A DNA stretch of 63,651 bases, filler included, from Welwitschia mirabilis (lineage: Eukaryota), in assembly GCA_051453625.1 (NCBI GenBank). It is 4 parts of one record of this genome, joined end to end, with 100 filler letters (N's around TTAATTAATTAA, not from the genome) between each part and the next. Parts side by side here need not be neighbours in the genome. Positions count along the whole stretch, not along the records: positions 44,756 to 61,925 come from JBOZIK010000001.1; positions 62,026 to 63,651 come from JBOZIK010000001.1; 2 more parts are not named here. One strand, 5' to 3'. Within the stretch, counting starts at the first letter, position 1. The number at the start of each line of letters is the position of its first letter. The position numbers and the translations under genes were made by a program. The notes below the pieces were generated by a model. It saw nothing but the letters and a program-made list of their open reading frames with translations. It made no database searches and had not been told where the DNA came from. Positions 50,000-63,651 of this stretch are shown piece by piece.

Positions 50000-52900
50000 G
50001 GCCTAGAAATGTCATGCAGCAATGACCACCGTGAGCGTCCAGGGATGCGTAATTACAAAAGAGAAGCCACATAGCATTTCAATCCCTTTTTTCAGAGGGA
50101 AACAGAATCAAGAGATGGTCAAGATAAACCATTTGTGCATCCTCTTCCCCTGTCTGTCTTTGGAGCCCGATCACATGTGCTTTGAATATTCAAACGTTCA
50201 GCTTGAGCTTGTCCAGAAAAGAAAAATGGCTACCGTTGCCGATAGACCGCATTCTCTTTAAAATTCTTCTGCCTGTTCGATAAACAGAGAAAGCAAAGAG
50301 CAAAGAAACCTGTCAGTGTATTGACAACCAGCCAAGGACGGAGATGCAGTTGGCTTCCGGAACATGACATTTGCTTGTTCCTGCCGTGAGATGGAACATT
50401 TTATAAACTGTAGTACCAATGTTTAAGTTTCAAAGGCAATTTGGTGAGCTGTATTTAAATGAGCGTTGCATTTTAGGTGATAAGCAAAGTATTATATTTT
50501 GGTTGCTCTAAAAAAATTTAAATTTTCAAGTTTTTATTTACTAAATTTGATGTTAAGGGGTGTAAAAAGTACATAGCTACTTTGCATGGCTAATAATTGG
50601 TGGGACAATAGTTTTTCGTTTGAAGGTCATGGGTTAAAACTACTATTTGATGATATATCTGCTGTGTCACTTTATTTTTTTCTTTCATAGACCTTTTTTT
50701 TCTATGTTTTTATAGTTTAACTGTGTGCTATTGTACATTTTGAGTTATTGGTTACTTTTTACGTTCAATTTTATTGGCTACTTTTTACGTTTGATGTTAT
50801 AAATTAACGAAACTTTTTTTCTCAGGGTCCTACACCCATAATTGGCATACTATAAGGCCTTATATATAATTAGATCACTCATTTGGGTGATTGTGGTAGT
50901 GTACTCTTAACGAGTAGGTACGGTCAATAAAAGTTTCAAGTTTAACACTCCCTACGATTCCCCTCACATTTGCTTGATCAGAAGTGAGTTTTTGGTTGTG
51001 GAAGCTAAGAAATAATCTACAACGTGACAAGGTTTTTGCATTTGCAAAAGCTCGGGGAAAAAATGTTATAATCCAGATTTACGTTTACACATTTTAACTA
51101 AGGTATATGATTAAGATGTTTGGATTATGGAAGCTAAGAAACCCACGAAATTTGGTTTTAGTATATCCTGTTTCCATTTACATATGAAACAATTGTTTTA
51201 GGAGTGCTATAAGGTACTCCTTTTAGGAGTGGTACAGGACACTCCNNNNNNNNNNTATTTATTATATGTAAAATTCTTGATATATTAAATAAAGCTATGT
51301 TCGAGTCTTGTCCCAACTATTTTCATTATGTGTGTAACGTTAAAGTTCGTTACTTTAGGAAAACTTCAACATTAAGGATGGGCTTTTGGGATTTAGTTTA
51401 TCAGTTGATCTTGTTTTCATAACTCTTCCTATGCAAATAAGAATGACTTTCAAACATAAGAAATATTAAAGAGTCTCATTATTTTAAATCAAATATGACA
51501 ATTCAGTTATTACCCTTATAGAAAAGGAACATGAAAGAGTTATATTTCTAAGGCCAAGTGATTTTTCCAAAAAACAATCCTGCACTAGACCCTTAAGCCT
51601 ATGCAGGTACCGTTCCACTTGTACCATTGATAACAACTCAAGTTTAAGGACTTTAACTACATAACTCACAAAGAAGGCATCCCTGTTAATTCATATACTT
51701 TCATAAAAGTATACTTATTCATCCCCTATTATTGTGAACCTCTCACCATGTTTAGGACTTATTCTTAGCATCATAAATGAGTTTTCCCAAACGATTAACA
51801 TGCTAACATGATGATTGAAAAGCCAATCAACAATCATGAGCTTTTTAGTCAATCATTATCTCTAGTGCCCTAGGATTAGAGCTACCATCCTAATTCATCC
51901 TTACTTAAACCATTACATACCATTTAGTAAGTGCTACACCTTAAATTTTGTTATAATTTTCAATCTTTACAAGAAGTACCTTAGTGATCAAGGTATCGGT
52001 ATCAGTTCCAATCAAATAAACTAGGGAATCCTATTACAATATAGTTGACCTTAATTTTTGTTCTCTCTTAGGGATTGTAAAGGTATTTTAGAGCTTATAA
52101 TAAGTGTTCTAAATTAGGATTTAGGTATAAAAAGATTTAAAAAAGATTAAGGATTAAGATATTATTAGATTTTTCTTTCAAGAATTATGAATGATTAATT
52201 ATAAGACAATGTACCAACCAAGCCTAAGCTAAGTTAAAGATATTGCTTTATTCATAGTTAAGAATAAACTATTCATTATAAATTTTAAATATCATAAAAG
52301 CACTGATATTAGAGATGTTACATCTTATAATGAAATGTAAGAAATGCTCTGATAGAATGAGATGTTATAAACACTAATACATTAATCATTTGAATCCTAA
52401 CAATATATTGAAAGAATAAATCTAAATGATAAATGTAAATAAACATTTGAAATGTACTAAAAAATTAGTAATCATAATTGTCTTAACAATAAAAGAAAAC
52501 TAAATTCAATTAGATGTCAAAGTGCATTTACTAATGATGCAAACACTAGAACAAATACTAATTTAGTATAGAATAAAGACTTATGCTCAACAAGGTAGAT
52601 GATTGTTTGTTGTTTTACAATGTCCAGATTTAAACTAACTTTATAGTTAGTTATCATTCTTCCTCAGGGATAACATGGGTATTGGTTTAGAAGTTTTACA
52701 CTACNNNNNNNNNNNNNNNNNNNNNNNNNNNNNNNNNNNNNNNNNNNNNNNNNNNNNNNNNNNNNNNNNNNNNNNNNNNNNNNNNNNNNNNNNNNNNNNN
52801 NNNNNNNNNNNNNNNNNNNNNNNNNNNNNNNNNNNNNNNNNNNNNNNNNNNNNNNNNNNNNNNNNNNNNNNNNNNNNNNNNNNNNNNNNNNNNNNNNNNN

Positions 52901-55199
52901 NNNNNNNNNNNNNNNNNNNNNNNNNNNNNNNNNNNNNNNNNNNNNNNNNNNNNNNNNNNNNNNNNNNNNNNNNNNNNNNNNNNNNNNNNNNNNNNNNNNN
53001 NNNNNNNNNNNNNNNNNNNNNNNNNNNNNNNNNNNNNNNNNNNNNNNNNNNNNNNNNNNNNNNNNNNNNNNNNNNNNNNNNNNNNNNNNNNNNNNNNNNN
53101 NNNNNNNNNNNNNNNNNNNNNNNNNNNNNNNNNNNNNNNNNNNNNNNNNNNNNNNNNNNNNNNNNNNNNNNNNNNNNNNNNNNNNNNNNNNNNNNNNNNN
53201 NNNNNNNNNNNNNNNNNNNNNNNNNNNNNNNNNNNNNNNNNNNNNNNNNNNNNNNNNNNNNNNNNNNNNNNNNNNNNNNNNNNNNNNNNNNNNNNNNNNN
53301 NNNNNNNNNNNNNNNNNNNNNNNNNNNNNNNNNNNNNNNNNNNNNNNNNACTACTTATCTTAATGCAAGTTACAAAGTTTAAGAAAAGGAAAATAAAAAA
53401 GAGGTAATTTTAGAAGTTGAGTTTGAAACTTTGTCTTGAGAGAGAAGGGAGGCAAGATAGCTCCAAGGTATTGCTGGTTTATTTTCAAGTAATCCTTCAC
53501 TCTAATGTTATCCAATGCATTCCTGTAACATACTTAAAACCATCAAGCGCTTTTGGCCTAAATCATGGTGACGTTATTTCATTTACCATATGAGTAATGG
53601 TGAACTCAATTGTCACTTTGATATTTAAAGCCTTAACAATAATAAAAAGTTAGAATCCTAAGTACTTAATATTTATAAAGTTAAAAAACTTAAATTGAAT
53701 GCTAAAAGAGTACACTCAATTTTAATAAATCTTAATGATTAAATTACTTATTAGACATTTTAAATATAAAATGAGTCATGATTTGAAATAAAAGAAAAAC
53801 AACTTATCTATTAAAGAAAAGAACAACTTTATAACAAAGGAAGAAAGATGTTGAAGAATTCCTCACTACCCTAAAGAGTCAGTTAGAAAGCCATCATAAT
53901 TCAAAGCTCTAAGGTTTTACAATTCTCCAATGCCAAATATGATATAATAAAGGGTTAAGTCCCTTTTATAGGAAGAGATGGGGTGAGGGGTGGTTATGCT
54001 CTTAGCTTATGGTGTTAGGTGGACTGTTACATAATGATGATATTTAAGTAGGATGTTTTGTCTTCTTTTTCATTTGATAAAGATGATTATGATGATGTCA
54101 ACACCTGGCTTCAAAGTGCTAAAGCTACTACCAACCGTTGTCTATGTCATATGTCTCCACCGTCATCCTACTCAGCCATGCCAAATGTTGCTCTGTAAGT
54201 CCTTATCATTACTACCACATGCCATCAAGAATGCAATTATTTTTATGTGAAATTTAATCGAGCTTGTAACTACATTTAATCCAATTTTCCATGATAAGCC
54301 AAGAACCTGAGTTTGAAGACAATCTACACAAATAGGCTAGCATCACCAGTGGTCCTGGACGGTGGCATTGGTATTTTAACTCTGATCATCTTCATTTTTA
54401 AGCACATCTTTCTATTGAGCATAATTTACTTGATAATGTCATGGACACATTATAAGTCCTTAATTATTATGAAAATCCATAGAATACATGTTTTATGAAA
54501 AAAGCAATGTTATTAATGTCTTCTATTAAGGTCAAACAGTCATTTAACTTGATCGTAACGTTAATTTTTACATGTTAAAACACCCTTAATTAGCCTTTTG
54601 CTAGTGCCTTAGTAAAAAGTTGATAAAGAAATCATTAAACATGAAAAAACTTATCTAACTTGAAAGTGCTTAAGTGTGTGAACGATATAATTTATAAAAT
54701 TTTATGACCAATTGTTCTATAATTAAGACATTAAAATGAAAAAATTTATTGTTAAAACTAGATGTCATATCCCATAACTAAAACTAAACTTTGTCCTCAA
54801 AGTTTATGGTGAAAATTGTCAAAATTATTTTAAAAAAATAGTTTTAAACAGATCGCAATGAGTTCTTTTTTTGAAAACCATGCAAAATGATACAACTAAG
54901 TTAAGATAAAGAAAAAGTTAACTACATCAGAAAGCTAAGGAAAAGGAAAACTAATTATGGTAAGACAATGCTAAGTAGAAGGTCTATTGATAAAAATAGT
55001 TCATGCTTTAGGAGTTATTTGTCATGAAAATGGATATGAAGTAAAGTGGTATGGAGTGAAATGGAGATAATAAATGCGTCAAATGGACTAAACCATAAAC
55101 CAATGAATAAATAACTAAACTCTCCTAAGTTAATGACCCTTTATCATATTTTTGTATTTTTATTAAATCACGATATCAATCAAGTAAATTCTTAACCAA

Positions 55200-58100
55200 G
55201 TCTAATACGAATTTAAGAAAATCATAGAAAATCTAAGTATGAAAGTTAAAAGACAACAGTTCATGTAAAGCCTTTGATTTCCACCTTTATCGTTCCTTTA
55301 TTTTTCATTTCTACCTTTGCATACGTCCTTAGTTTTTAAGCCTTTGAATCACATTGAGCATCTAGTGTTATGACATTTTCTGCCAATAGAGTTAAGTATA
55401 TTGTATTATGTAGAAATCAGTGTTGCATTGTCAATAAATGTTTATAGCCCTGATGCAATTAAACATGTCATAATTAGATCATTATAGCTACATTTCTAGC
55501 AAGTGTTCATAGCCATAATGCAATTAAATAAACCCAACTAAGCGATTAATCTTATATGATTTTGTAGAAGAGATATATCATTTTCTTTTCTTCAACTTTT
55601 CATAGTCAATTTTATGCACTTTTAGGGGGTCATTGGCTCATTAGCCTAGTCGAGACAAAGATTTTCCCCATTAAAGGATTTTTACTTAAAGAGAATGTGC
55701 AAAGGTAAATACCACCTTTTCAACCAAGTTTTACCAAAATCGGAGACCCTAAGTGAATGTGTTCTTAATTAACCTACTTGAAATAGGTGTTATTTCTCTT
55801 AAAAACCCATACATAAACTTGATCTTAACCATTACTTAGGTGATAACATGATTGCTTATTAATGATTTTTATTTTAAGGGCTTTTAAGTTGGATTAATAA
55901 GTCTTAAAAACTCATGGGTTGATGGTTTAGATGAATGGCTCATGGATTTGATGTAGTGATTTGACAATGGATTTAGTAAATGGCAAGGTTCAAAAGGGTC
56001 GTGGAATGAATGATAATGTTTTAGACAATGTTCATTAACTTTGAGGAGTCGATTGTTTTTTTCAATGAAAATAACTCCATGTGACAAAACCTTTTTTTAT
56101 TAAGAAGGGCTCCTTTCATTTAGCTACTAGCTTGCCTAGAAAAAGATGTAAATTTAAGTTATATAGCAAGACTAGTTCTCTCTCCTAAAAAGTTTTTCTA
56201 ATGATGTGTTAATCATGGAACCTCTTCATCTTATTATTATTTGTTCTCATGTTGTCATAGGCATTATTTCTAATTTTGTCTAATTCATTGAGTTGTATGA
56301 CACTATTTTTTCATTGAGTTATGTGACCCTAGTTTTCTTTGCAACCTCTAAGTCTAAGTTCATATTCTTGATTTCCTAGTAAGCCCTATGCTCAAGTTTC
56401 ATAGGTAAATGACATGCTTAATCATAGACAAATCGAAAGGTGAAATCCCTAATGGTGTTTTATAAGCAGTGTGGTATGTCTATAAGACATCGTTAAGTCT
56501 GAAAGACTAGTTTTTTCATGTTGATTTTACTACTTTTTAAAGGGTTTTCTTAAGTTTTCTATTCATAACTTCAACTTGGTCACTTTTTTATGAGTGATAA
56601 GGTGTTGCAACTTTGTGTAACCCCCTTTTTAGTGAGAAGGTTGTTGAATATTTTATTACAAAAGTGTATCCTTCCATTGCTAATCAAAACATGTGGATAG
56701 CCAAAATGAGTTAAGAAATTTTCTTTCAAGAATCTAACTACTATTTTAGCATGGTTTGTTTGACAAGCATAAGCTTCAACAGATTTAGTTACATAGTTGA
56801 CACAAACAAGGATGTATTGATGTTTGTTAAATGATGGATAAGGGCCTTGAAAATTAATTCTCCATACATCAAAGGTTTCAATAGCAAAAATGGGGTTTAA
56901 AGGCATTATTTATCTATGAGAAAGACTCCCTAATCTTTGACAGTTATCACAAGATTTATAGTAAATATAGGAGTCTTTGGAAATTGATGGCCAAAAAAAT
57001 AGGATTGAAGGATTTATGTTGTAGGCTTGTTAGCTGAGTAGTAACCCCCAGAAGCCTTAGAATGGCAGTATTTAAGTATATCTTGAACATCAGTTTGAGG
57101 GATACATTTGCAAATTACTATGTCTAGATAGTATTTAAAAAGATATATGCTATCCAAGAAGAAATATTTGACTTATCTTAAGAACCTCTTTTTATCATTG
57201 GTGGTCTAATANNNNNNNNNNNNNNNNNNNNNNNNNNNNNNNNNNNNNNNNNNNNNNNNNNNNNNNNNNNNNNNNNNNNNNNNNNNNNNNNNNNNNNNNN
57301 NNNNNNNNNNNAGAAATTAGTGCTACATTGTTAGTGAGCATTTATAGCCCTGATGCAATTGAACATATCGTAATTAGATCATTAGAGCTACATTACCAGC
57401 AAGCATCCATAGCCTCTATGCAGTTAAATAAACCCAATTTAAGTGATTAATGTTATGTCTATTTAGAGAATAAACATTATTTTCTTTTCTTCATCTTCCC
57501 ATAGAATTTTTTTATGCACACCAGGGGGGTCATTGATTTACTATCTTAAGCAAGATAAATCTTGTCCCCATTCAAGGCTTTAAAGAATACATGCAATGGT
57601 AAATTCCACCTTTTTAACCATGTTTTACTGAAATTGAAGACTCTAAGCAAATGCGTTCTTAACCAACACACTCAAAATAAGATATCTCTACTTAAAATCC
57701 CATAAGTAAACTTTATCTTAACCATGATTTAGGTGATAATGAGATCACTTATTATTTTTTTTGGTTTAAGGGCCTTTAACTTAGATTATTAATCCTTATA
57801 AATTCATAAGCCACTAGAATAGGTGGATGATAGTGCTTTAGATGATGTTTATTGACTTTGAATAGTTGNNNNNNNNNNNNNNNNNNNNNNNNNNNNNNNN
57901 NNNNNNNNNNNNNNNNNNNNNNNNNNNNNNNNNNNNNNNNNNNNNNNNNNNNNNNNNNNNNNNNNNNNNNNNNNNNNNNNNNNNNNNNNNNNNNNNNNNN
58001 NNNNNNNNNNNNNNNNNNNNNNNNNNNNNNNNNNNNNNNNNNNNNNNNNNNNNNNNNNNNNNNNNNNNNNNNNNNNNNNNNNNNNNNNNNNNNNNNNNNN

Positions 58101-61100
58101 NNNNNNNNNNNNNNNNNNNNNNNNNNNNNNNNNNNNNNNNNNNNNNNNNNNNNNNNNNNNNNNNNNNNNNNNNNNNNNNNNNNNNNNNNNNNNNNNNNNN
58201 NNNNNNNNNNNNNNNNNNNNNNNNNNNNNNNNNNNNNNNNNNNNNNNNNNNNNNNNNNNNNNNNNNNNNNNNNNNNNNNNNNNNNNNNNNNNNNNNNNNN
58301 NNNNNNNNNNNNNNNNNNNNNNNNNNNNNNNNNNNNNNNNNNNNNNNNNNNNNNNNNNNNNNNNNNNNNNNNNNNNNNNNNNNNNGATGATAGTGCTTTA
58401 GATGATGTTTATTGACTTTGAATAGTTGATTTTTTTTTTTATTTTGTGGGTTTTCTATGAGAAATACTCCATGAGGCAAAATCTTCTTTATTAAAAATAG
58501 TCCTTTCCACTTAGTGACTAGTTTTTCTAGGAAAAGATGTAAGCATGAGTTATAAAGTAGAACTACTTCTCCCTCTTTGAAAGTTTTCTTAAGGATATGT
58601 TAATCGTGGAATTTCTTCATCCTCTCTTTGTTTATCCTCATGTTTTCATAAGTGTCATTCCTTATTTTGTCCAATTCGTTAAGTTGTATGACCCTATTTT
58701 TCCTTGCAACCTCTAAATTTAAGTTCATATTTTTGATTGCCTAATAGCTTTGTTCTCATTCCTAAGGGAGTTTTATAAGCAGTGTGATAGGCTTTTAACA
58801 CATCATTAAGCTTAAAGGACTAGTCTTTTCATGTTGAGTTAACTATGTTTTACAGAATTTTCTTAATATCCCTGTTCATAATCTCAACTTGGCCACTAGT
58901 TTGGGGGTGGTAAGGTGTTGTTACTTTGTAAGTCCTCCCGCATTTAGTAATAAGGTGATTGAATATTTTGTTGTAGAAATGTGTTCCTTCATTACTAATC
59001 AAGACTCATGGACAGCCAAATCATGTTAAGATATTTTGTTAAAGAATTTAATTATCATTTGAGCATCATTTAATCGATAAGCACATGCCTCAACCCATTT
59101 TTTAGTCCACACATACCAAAATGTATTAATGCCTGTTGAAGGATGGATAAGGCCCCCAAAAATTAACTCACTAAATGTCGAAGGATTCAATCACAAGATT
59201 GAGATTTAGGAGCATCATTTGTCTTTATGAAAGACTTCTTAATTTTTGACAATCGTCACAAGATTTGTAATAAAAGTAGGAGTCTTTGAAGATAGAAGGC
59301 CAATAGAAATTAGAGTGAAGGATTTTTGTAGCAATTTTATTAGTTGAGTAACGATCCCCACAAGCCTCAGAATGCTAATGCTTAAGGGTGTTGTGGATTT
59401 CAATTTGAGGCACATATTTATGAAAAACTTGGTCTAGATAATACTTAAAAAGATGCATGCTATCTTATAAGAAGTATTTAACCTGATTTAAGAACCTTTT
59501 TCTATCATTAGGATTCCAATAAGAAGGAATGGTTTTAGAGACTAAGTAGTTGATAATATTAGCAAACCACAGTGCTTCCTTAACTAAAAAGACATGTTTA
59601 TCTACAAAGATGTCATTAATGGAAAGGGACATTTGTGGATTCTCTTAAGTTAAACATGAGAGATAATCTACAAATACATTGTTAAAACCCTTTTTATCTT
59701 TAATCTCTAAGTCAAATTCCTATAAAAGAAGGAGCCATCTAATTAGTCATGGTTTTGAATCTTTTTTGGTAAAGAGACATCAAAGGGTCGAATGATCAGT
59801 ATAGATAATTAAGTATTTCCTAATGTTTTTTTAAGGCAAAGACTATAGCTAATAGCTCTTTTTCAATAACGGTGTAGTTTAACTGAGTATCATTTAAAGT
59901 TTTACTGGCATTATAAATTACGATTGGTTTTTCATCTATCCTTTGTTCTAAAATGACCCCAATTGTGTAATCACTAGTGTTACACATAAGCTTAAAAGGT
60001 AACTTCTAGTCAAGTGATTGAATGATTGGGATGGAGGTTAATTTTTCTTTGAGATGTTTGAAAGCTTATTGACATTCATGGATTTAACTAAAGGTAACAT
60101 ATTTGCTCAAAAGATAACACAATGGCTTAAAGATTAAACTAAAATCCTTGATAAATCTCCTATAGTATTCTGCATGTCCTAACAAAGATATAATATTTTT
60201 TTTATTTTTTAGGAGTTGGCAGATATGTGATTAAATAAACCTTAGTAGGATCTACTTGAATCTCTTCCTTAGAGATAACTTGTCCAAAAAATATGCCTTG
60301 ATTAACAAGAAATTGGTATTTCTCCCAATTAAGCATAAGATGTTTTTTGATACATTACTCAAGGACATGCACTAAGTTATGCAAAAAATGGTTAAAAGAG
60401 ATTCCATAGATCAAGAAGTCATTCATAAAGATTTTGCCACCTAAATCTAATAAATCAGAGAAAATTCCGATCATGTAATGTTGAAAAGTGGCAGATGCAT
60501 TACATAATCTAAAGGGCATTCATTTATAGGCAAATGTTTCATAGGGACAGGTGAAGGTAATTTTGTCTTGGTCTCTAGGAAAATTTTAATTTGATTATAA
60601 TACAAGTACCCATATAATAAATAATAAAATAGATGCCCTAGAAGTTGCTTTTGAATTTGATTGGAGAAAGGTAGAGGGAAGTGATCCTATCTTGAGATGG
60701 CATTTAATTTTCTGTAGTCAATGCACATCCTTCATTTTACTATAGATCTGGTAGGGATATGTTCATTGTGATCATTTTGGACAAGGGTAATTCCTTCTTT
60801 CTTAGCCAAAGTCTAAGTTAAACTTACCTATTTTCTGTCTNNNNNNNNNNNNNNNNNNNNNNNNNNNNNNNNNNNNNNNNNNNNNNNNNNNNNNNNNNNN
60901 NNNNNNNNNNNNNNNNNNNNNNNNNNNNNNNNNNNNNNNNTTTGGACAAGGGTAAGTCCTTCTTTCTTAGCCAAAGTCTAAGTTAAACTTACCTATTTTC
61001 TGTCTGAAATAAGATAGATAATCTCATTATCGAGAAGTTTGATCATTTCATTTTTAAGTACCTCTTTTAATGTTTGGTTTATTCATCTCTGGGCTTCTCT

Positions 61101-61140
61101 AAATGGCTTGACATTATCCTCTAAGTAAGTATAGTGCATT
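55200..61140 (-). mobile_element. Athila-like Gypsy pol (RT-RH-INT) with a second diverged integrase + 3' region copy
   Basis: RT MPFRLCNASATFQ (about 60482-60519) and FMNDF (about 60415-60429). RH CNTSDYTIG (about 59960-59985). Integrase at about 58450-59520 and again at 56030-57210 (ETFDVWRINFQGPYP, VLISNGRIHFCN). The 3' non-coding region is also duplicated (about 55420-55900 vs 57312-57810). Confidence 0.88.
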
Positions 61141-62649
61141 AATGACTCAAAATGGATGTACATTTATGCTATGTTCTTACTTAATTAATGAAGAACATGT
61201 TAAAACATTAGTAAATATTATGACATTATTAGAATTATTATAAGCTAACTTTATGATGCAGGTCAGTNNNNNNNNNNAAAAAGGAAAATTGGTTATAACA
61301 ACTGGATAGGTGACACAAAAGAAGGAATAACAAACTCTCTACCATTGCACTTATAAATAGGCATATTAGAAGAGGCAAAAGGATCTTTTTAGAGTCTTAT
61401 ATAAGAGCTAGAAAGTGCATCTCAATCAAAGAGATCATAGTGGGAGAACTATAAAGTGACTTTCTAAGCTCTAGTACCTATTATGAGAGGGAGCTAATCA
61501 TTGTATTTTCTTGATAAGTAATATAAGATGTATTATTCTGAAAAGAATCCTGTGTTGCTAAGGTGGGTAATTTGAAAAAGTTGCATGCTATCTTTTGTTG
61601 CTCTTAATATTGATGTTAGCTAGATAGTAAACCAATTAGGAATAATTAGTGCATATAATTTGGCTATGTTTTCTTTATTCTAGTTCTTTTCTTTTCCCAT
61701 ATCCTATAAACTGTTGTCTATAAGTAGAGTTACTATCAGAATACCTTTTTGCCAAGAATAGTTATTCTTGATAAAGTATCTGTCATGATCAGAAGTTTTT
61801 ATTTGAGTCAAAAGCAAAAAGAAAAGAAATCTCCATATAAAAATTATTGATGACCAAATTTTGTGTGTAGATGTGGTAATTTAGTTGTATGAATTTTTAG
61901 CGTTTTGTTAATGTAATAGTTTCTTNNNNNNNNNNNNNNNNNNNNNNNNNNNNNNNNNNNNNNNNNNNNTTAATTAATTAANNNNNNNNNNNNNNNNNNN
62001 NNNNNNNNNNNNNNNNNNNNNNNNNCTTTTGATTTGTGACAGTTCATTTTACATCCATTGGGATTGGGAACTACTGTACTGCTAGGGCCAAGAATCCTAT
62101 GAAATAGAATTCATTTATTATGGGTTAAGGTAATCTATCTTCAAACCCTAACTTCCCCTCCTTCCCACACTCCCATGGCTACCTACAAGTGCTTTTCAAT
62201 AGTGAAGGCGATGATATTACCAAGAAATATGAGTTCTAATTAGTGATTGTGAAACAAACAAGGTTTCTGCGTGCAAATCCATCTTGAAGAAGAAGCTTTG
62301 AACTCTGATTGATGTGGAGAACATGTGACACGTAGTGCATCTTGTGTTGGAACTCATTACAGGAAGAAAGGCTATGAAAACGAACTCCTCGGCGCATTCC
62401 GAGGCCACTTTAGTGGATTGGACATATCGGTGGCTACTCNNNNNNNNNNNNNNNNNNNNNNNNNNNNNNNNNNNNNNNNNNNNNNNNNNNNNNNNNNNNN
62501 NNNNNNNNNNNNNNNNNNNNNNNNNNNNNNNNNNNNNNNCTGATTGCCATAAAGAATATTTATTATGCTAATTTAAAGTTAGAAACTAGTACTATTCCTT
62601 TTTTTTAATTGTAGGTATTGAGTTTATTAACAAGATAATCGAACAACAC

Positions 62650-62832
62650 TTGGTTATCTATATTGCATACATAAAGGATGGTGGGCTTGGCCTTCCAAAA
62701 AGAAAGTTCATCAAACTTTTGAAAATTAAATGTGAAACCTCATATGTGATGTTTAATGCAATTCATAAACTATTAGTAGAAATGGAACTTTCAAAGGGAA
62801 TATGGTTGTATTTAGATCAAATGAGGCATTAA
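62650..62832 (+). mobile_element. Possible L1 LINE fragment
   Basis: KDGGLGL motif typical of the L1 post-RT region; little other support. Confidence 0.3.
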
Positions 62833-63651
62833 TAATGAGGGGAACATAAAAGCGGCTAGCTACAGGATTGATTCATGAATTTCTAGATTTCTTACCTATA
62901 CATTACATAACGCATCATCAGGCTTTAGCTATTTGTTCATTTTCTGGAATTTCAATTAGTTANNNNNNNNNNNNNNNNNNNNNNNNNNNNNNNNNNNNNN
63001 NNNNNNNNNNNNNNNNNNNNNNNNNNNNNNNNNNNNNNNNNNNNNNNNNNNNNNNNNNNNNNNNNNNNNNNNNNNNNNNNNNNNNNNNNNNNNNNNNNNN
63101 NNNNNNNNNNNNNNNNNNNNNNNNNNNNNNNNNNNNNACCATCTCACATAAATGGAGAGAAGATGGTAATGGATTGTAAGAGTAAGATACAATTTTTCCA
63201 GTTTAATTCTAGATCTTCTTACTCGCTAATGTCTTAATAATGATAAATGAACTATGCAAATATTTTCAGTTGCAAGTTGGTAACATAATATCAACACAAA
63301 CACAAATTGAAGTTCTTTTCCTACTTCTTGAAAGAACATTTTTATTAGATGCATTTATTAGAGGTGCAACTCATACATCTAATTTTTTAAAAATGCACAA
63401 CTTGGGTTTTCAAAACTTGTTGATAAATTAGACGCCTTTTCTAAATATATGTTAAGATTTGAATCTATTCCCAAAGCACTTGGATTAGGTAGTTTAGAAT
63501 CTTATATTGATTTAGGTAAATAATTTGTAATTAAAAGTTATCAAGCATCTCAAAAAAAAAGTTTGGAACAAAAATATCATTCAAGAAGCAAAGTTATTCA
63601 GTCCTCATTCCTTCAATGATAATGATTACATTAAAAGACATAGAATTAAGA

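Noticed and set aside
57826..58428. Identical 43-bp direct repeat either side of a gap
   Set aside because: Exact duplicate at the gap edges indicates an unmerged contig overlap.
60777..61005. Near-identical approx. 64-bp repeat flanking a 100-N gap
   Set aside because: Same overlap artefact.
1..63651. CRISPR arrays, rRNA/tRNA genes, prokaryotic or viral systems
   Set aside because: No repeat-spacer arrays, structured RNA genes or operon-like ORF clusters seen. The window is eukaryotic TE-rich DNA.

Overview
AT-rich, repeat-dominated nuclear DNA from a land plant. The TE lineages and divergent host gene suggest a non-angiosperm (inference). The assembly is gappy: three gaps are 100-bp artificial linkers (44N-TTAATTAATTAA-44N). 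One host gene is recognisable: a minus-strand PIG-X/PBN1-family GPI-mannosyltransferase I subunit spread over about 34 kb (approx. 16110-50000). It has a probable signal-peptide first exon, a large luminal exon and a terminal TM exon; one conserved internal exon could not be found. The rest is mostly decayed, nested transposons: Athila-like and Tat-like Gypsy, a chromovirus, several Copia, L1 remnants, a two-ORF LINE with an unusual ORF1, and two hAT-type non-autonomous elements with intact TIR/TSD. I see no clearly new biological system. The best leads are the atypical LINE, the PR-aRH-RT Tat element, a hAT element whose cargo could supply a PIG-X exon, and the missing PIG-X exon. All family assignments come from motif recognition by eye, not database searches.
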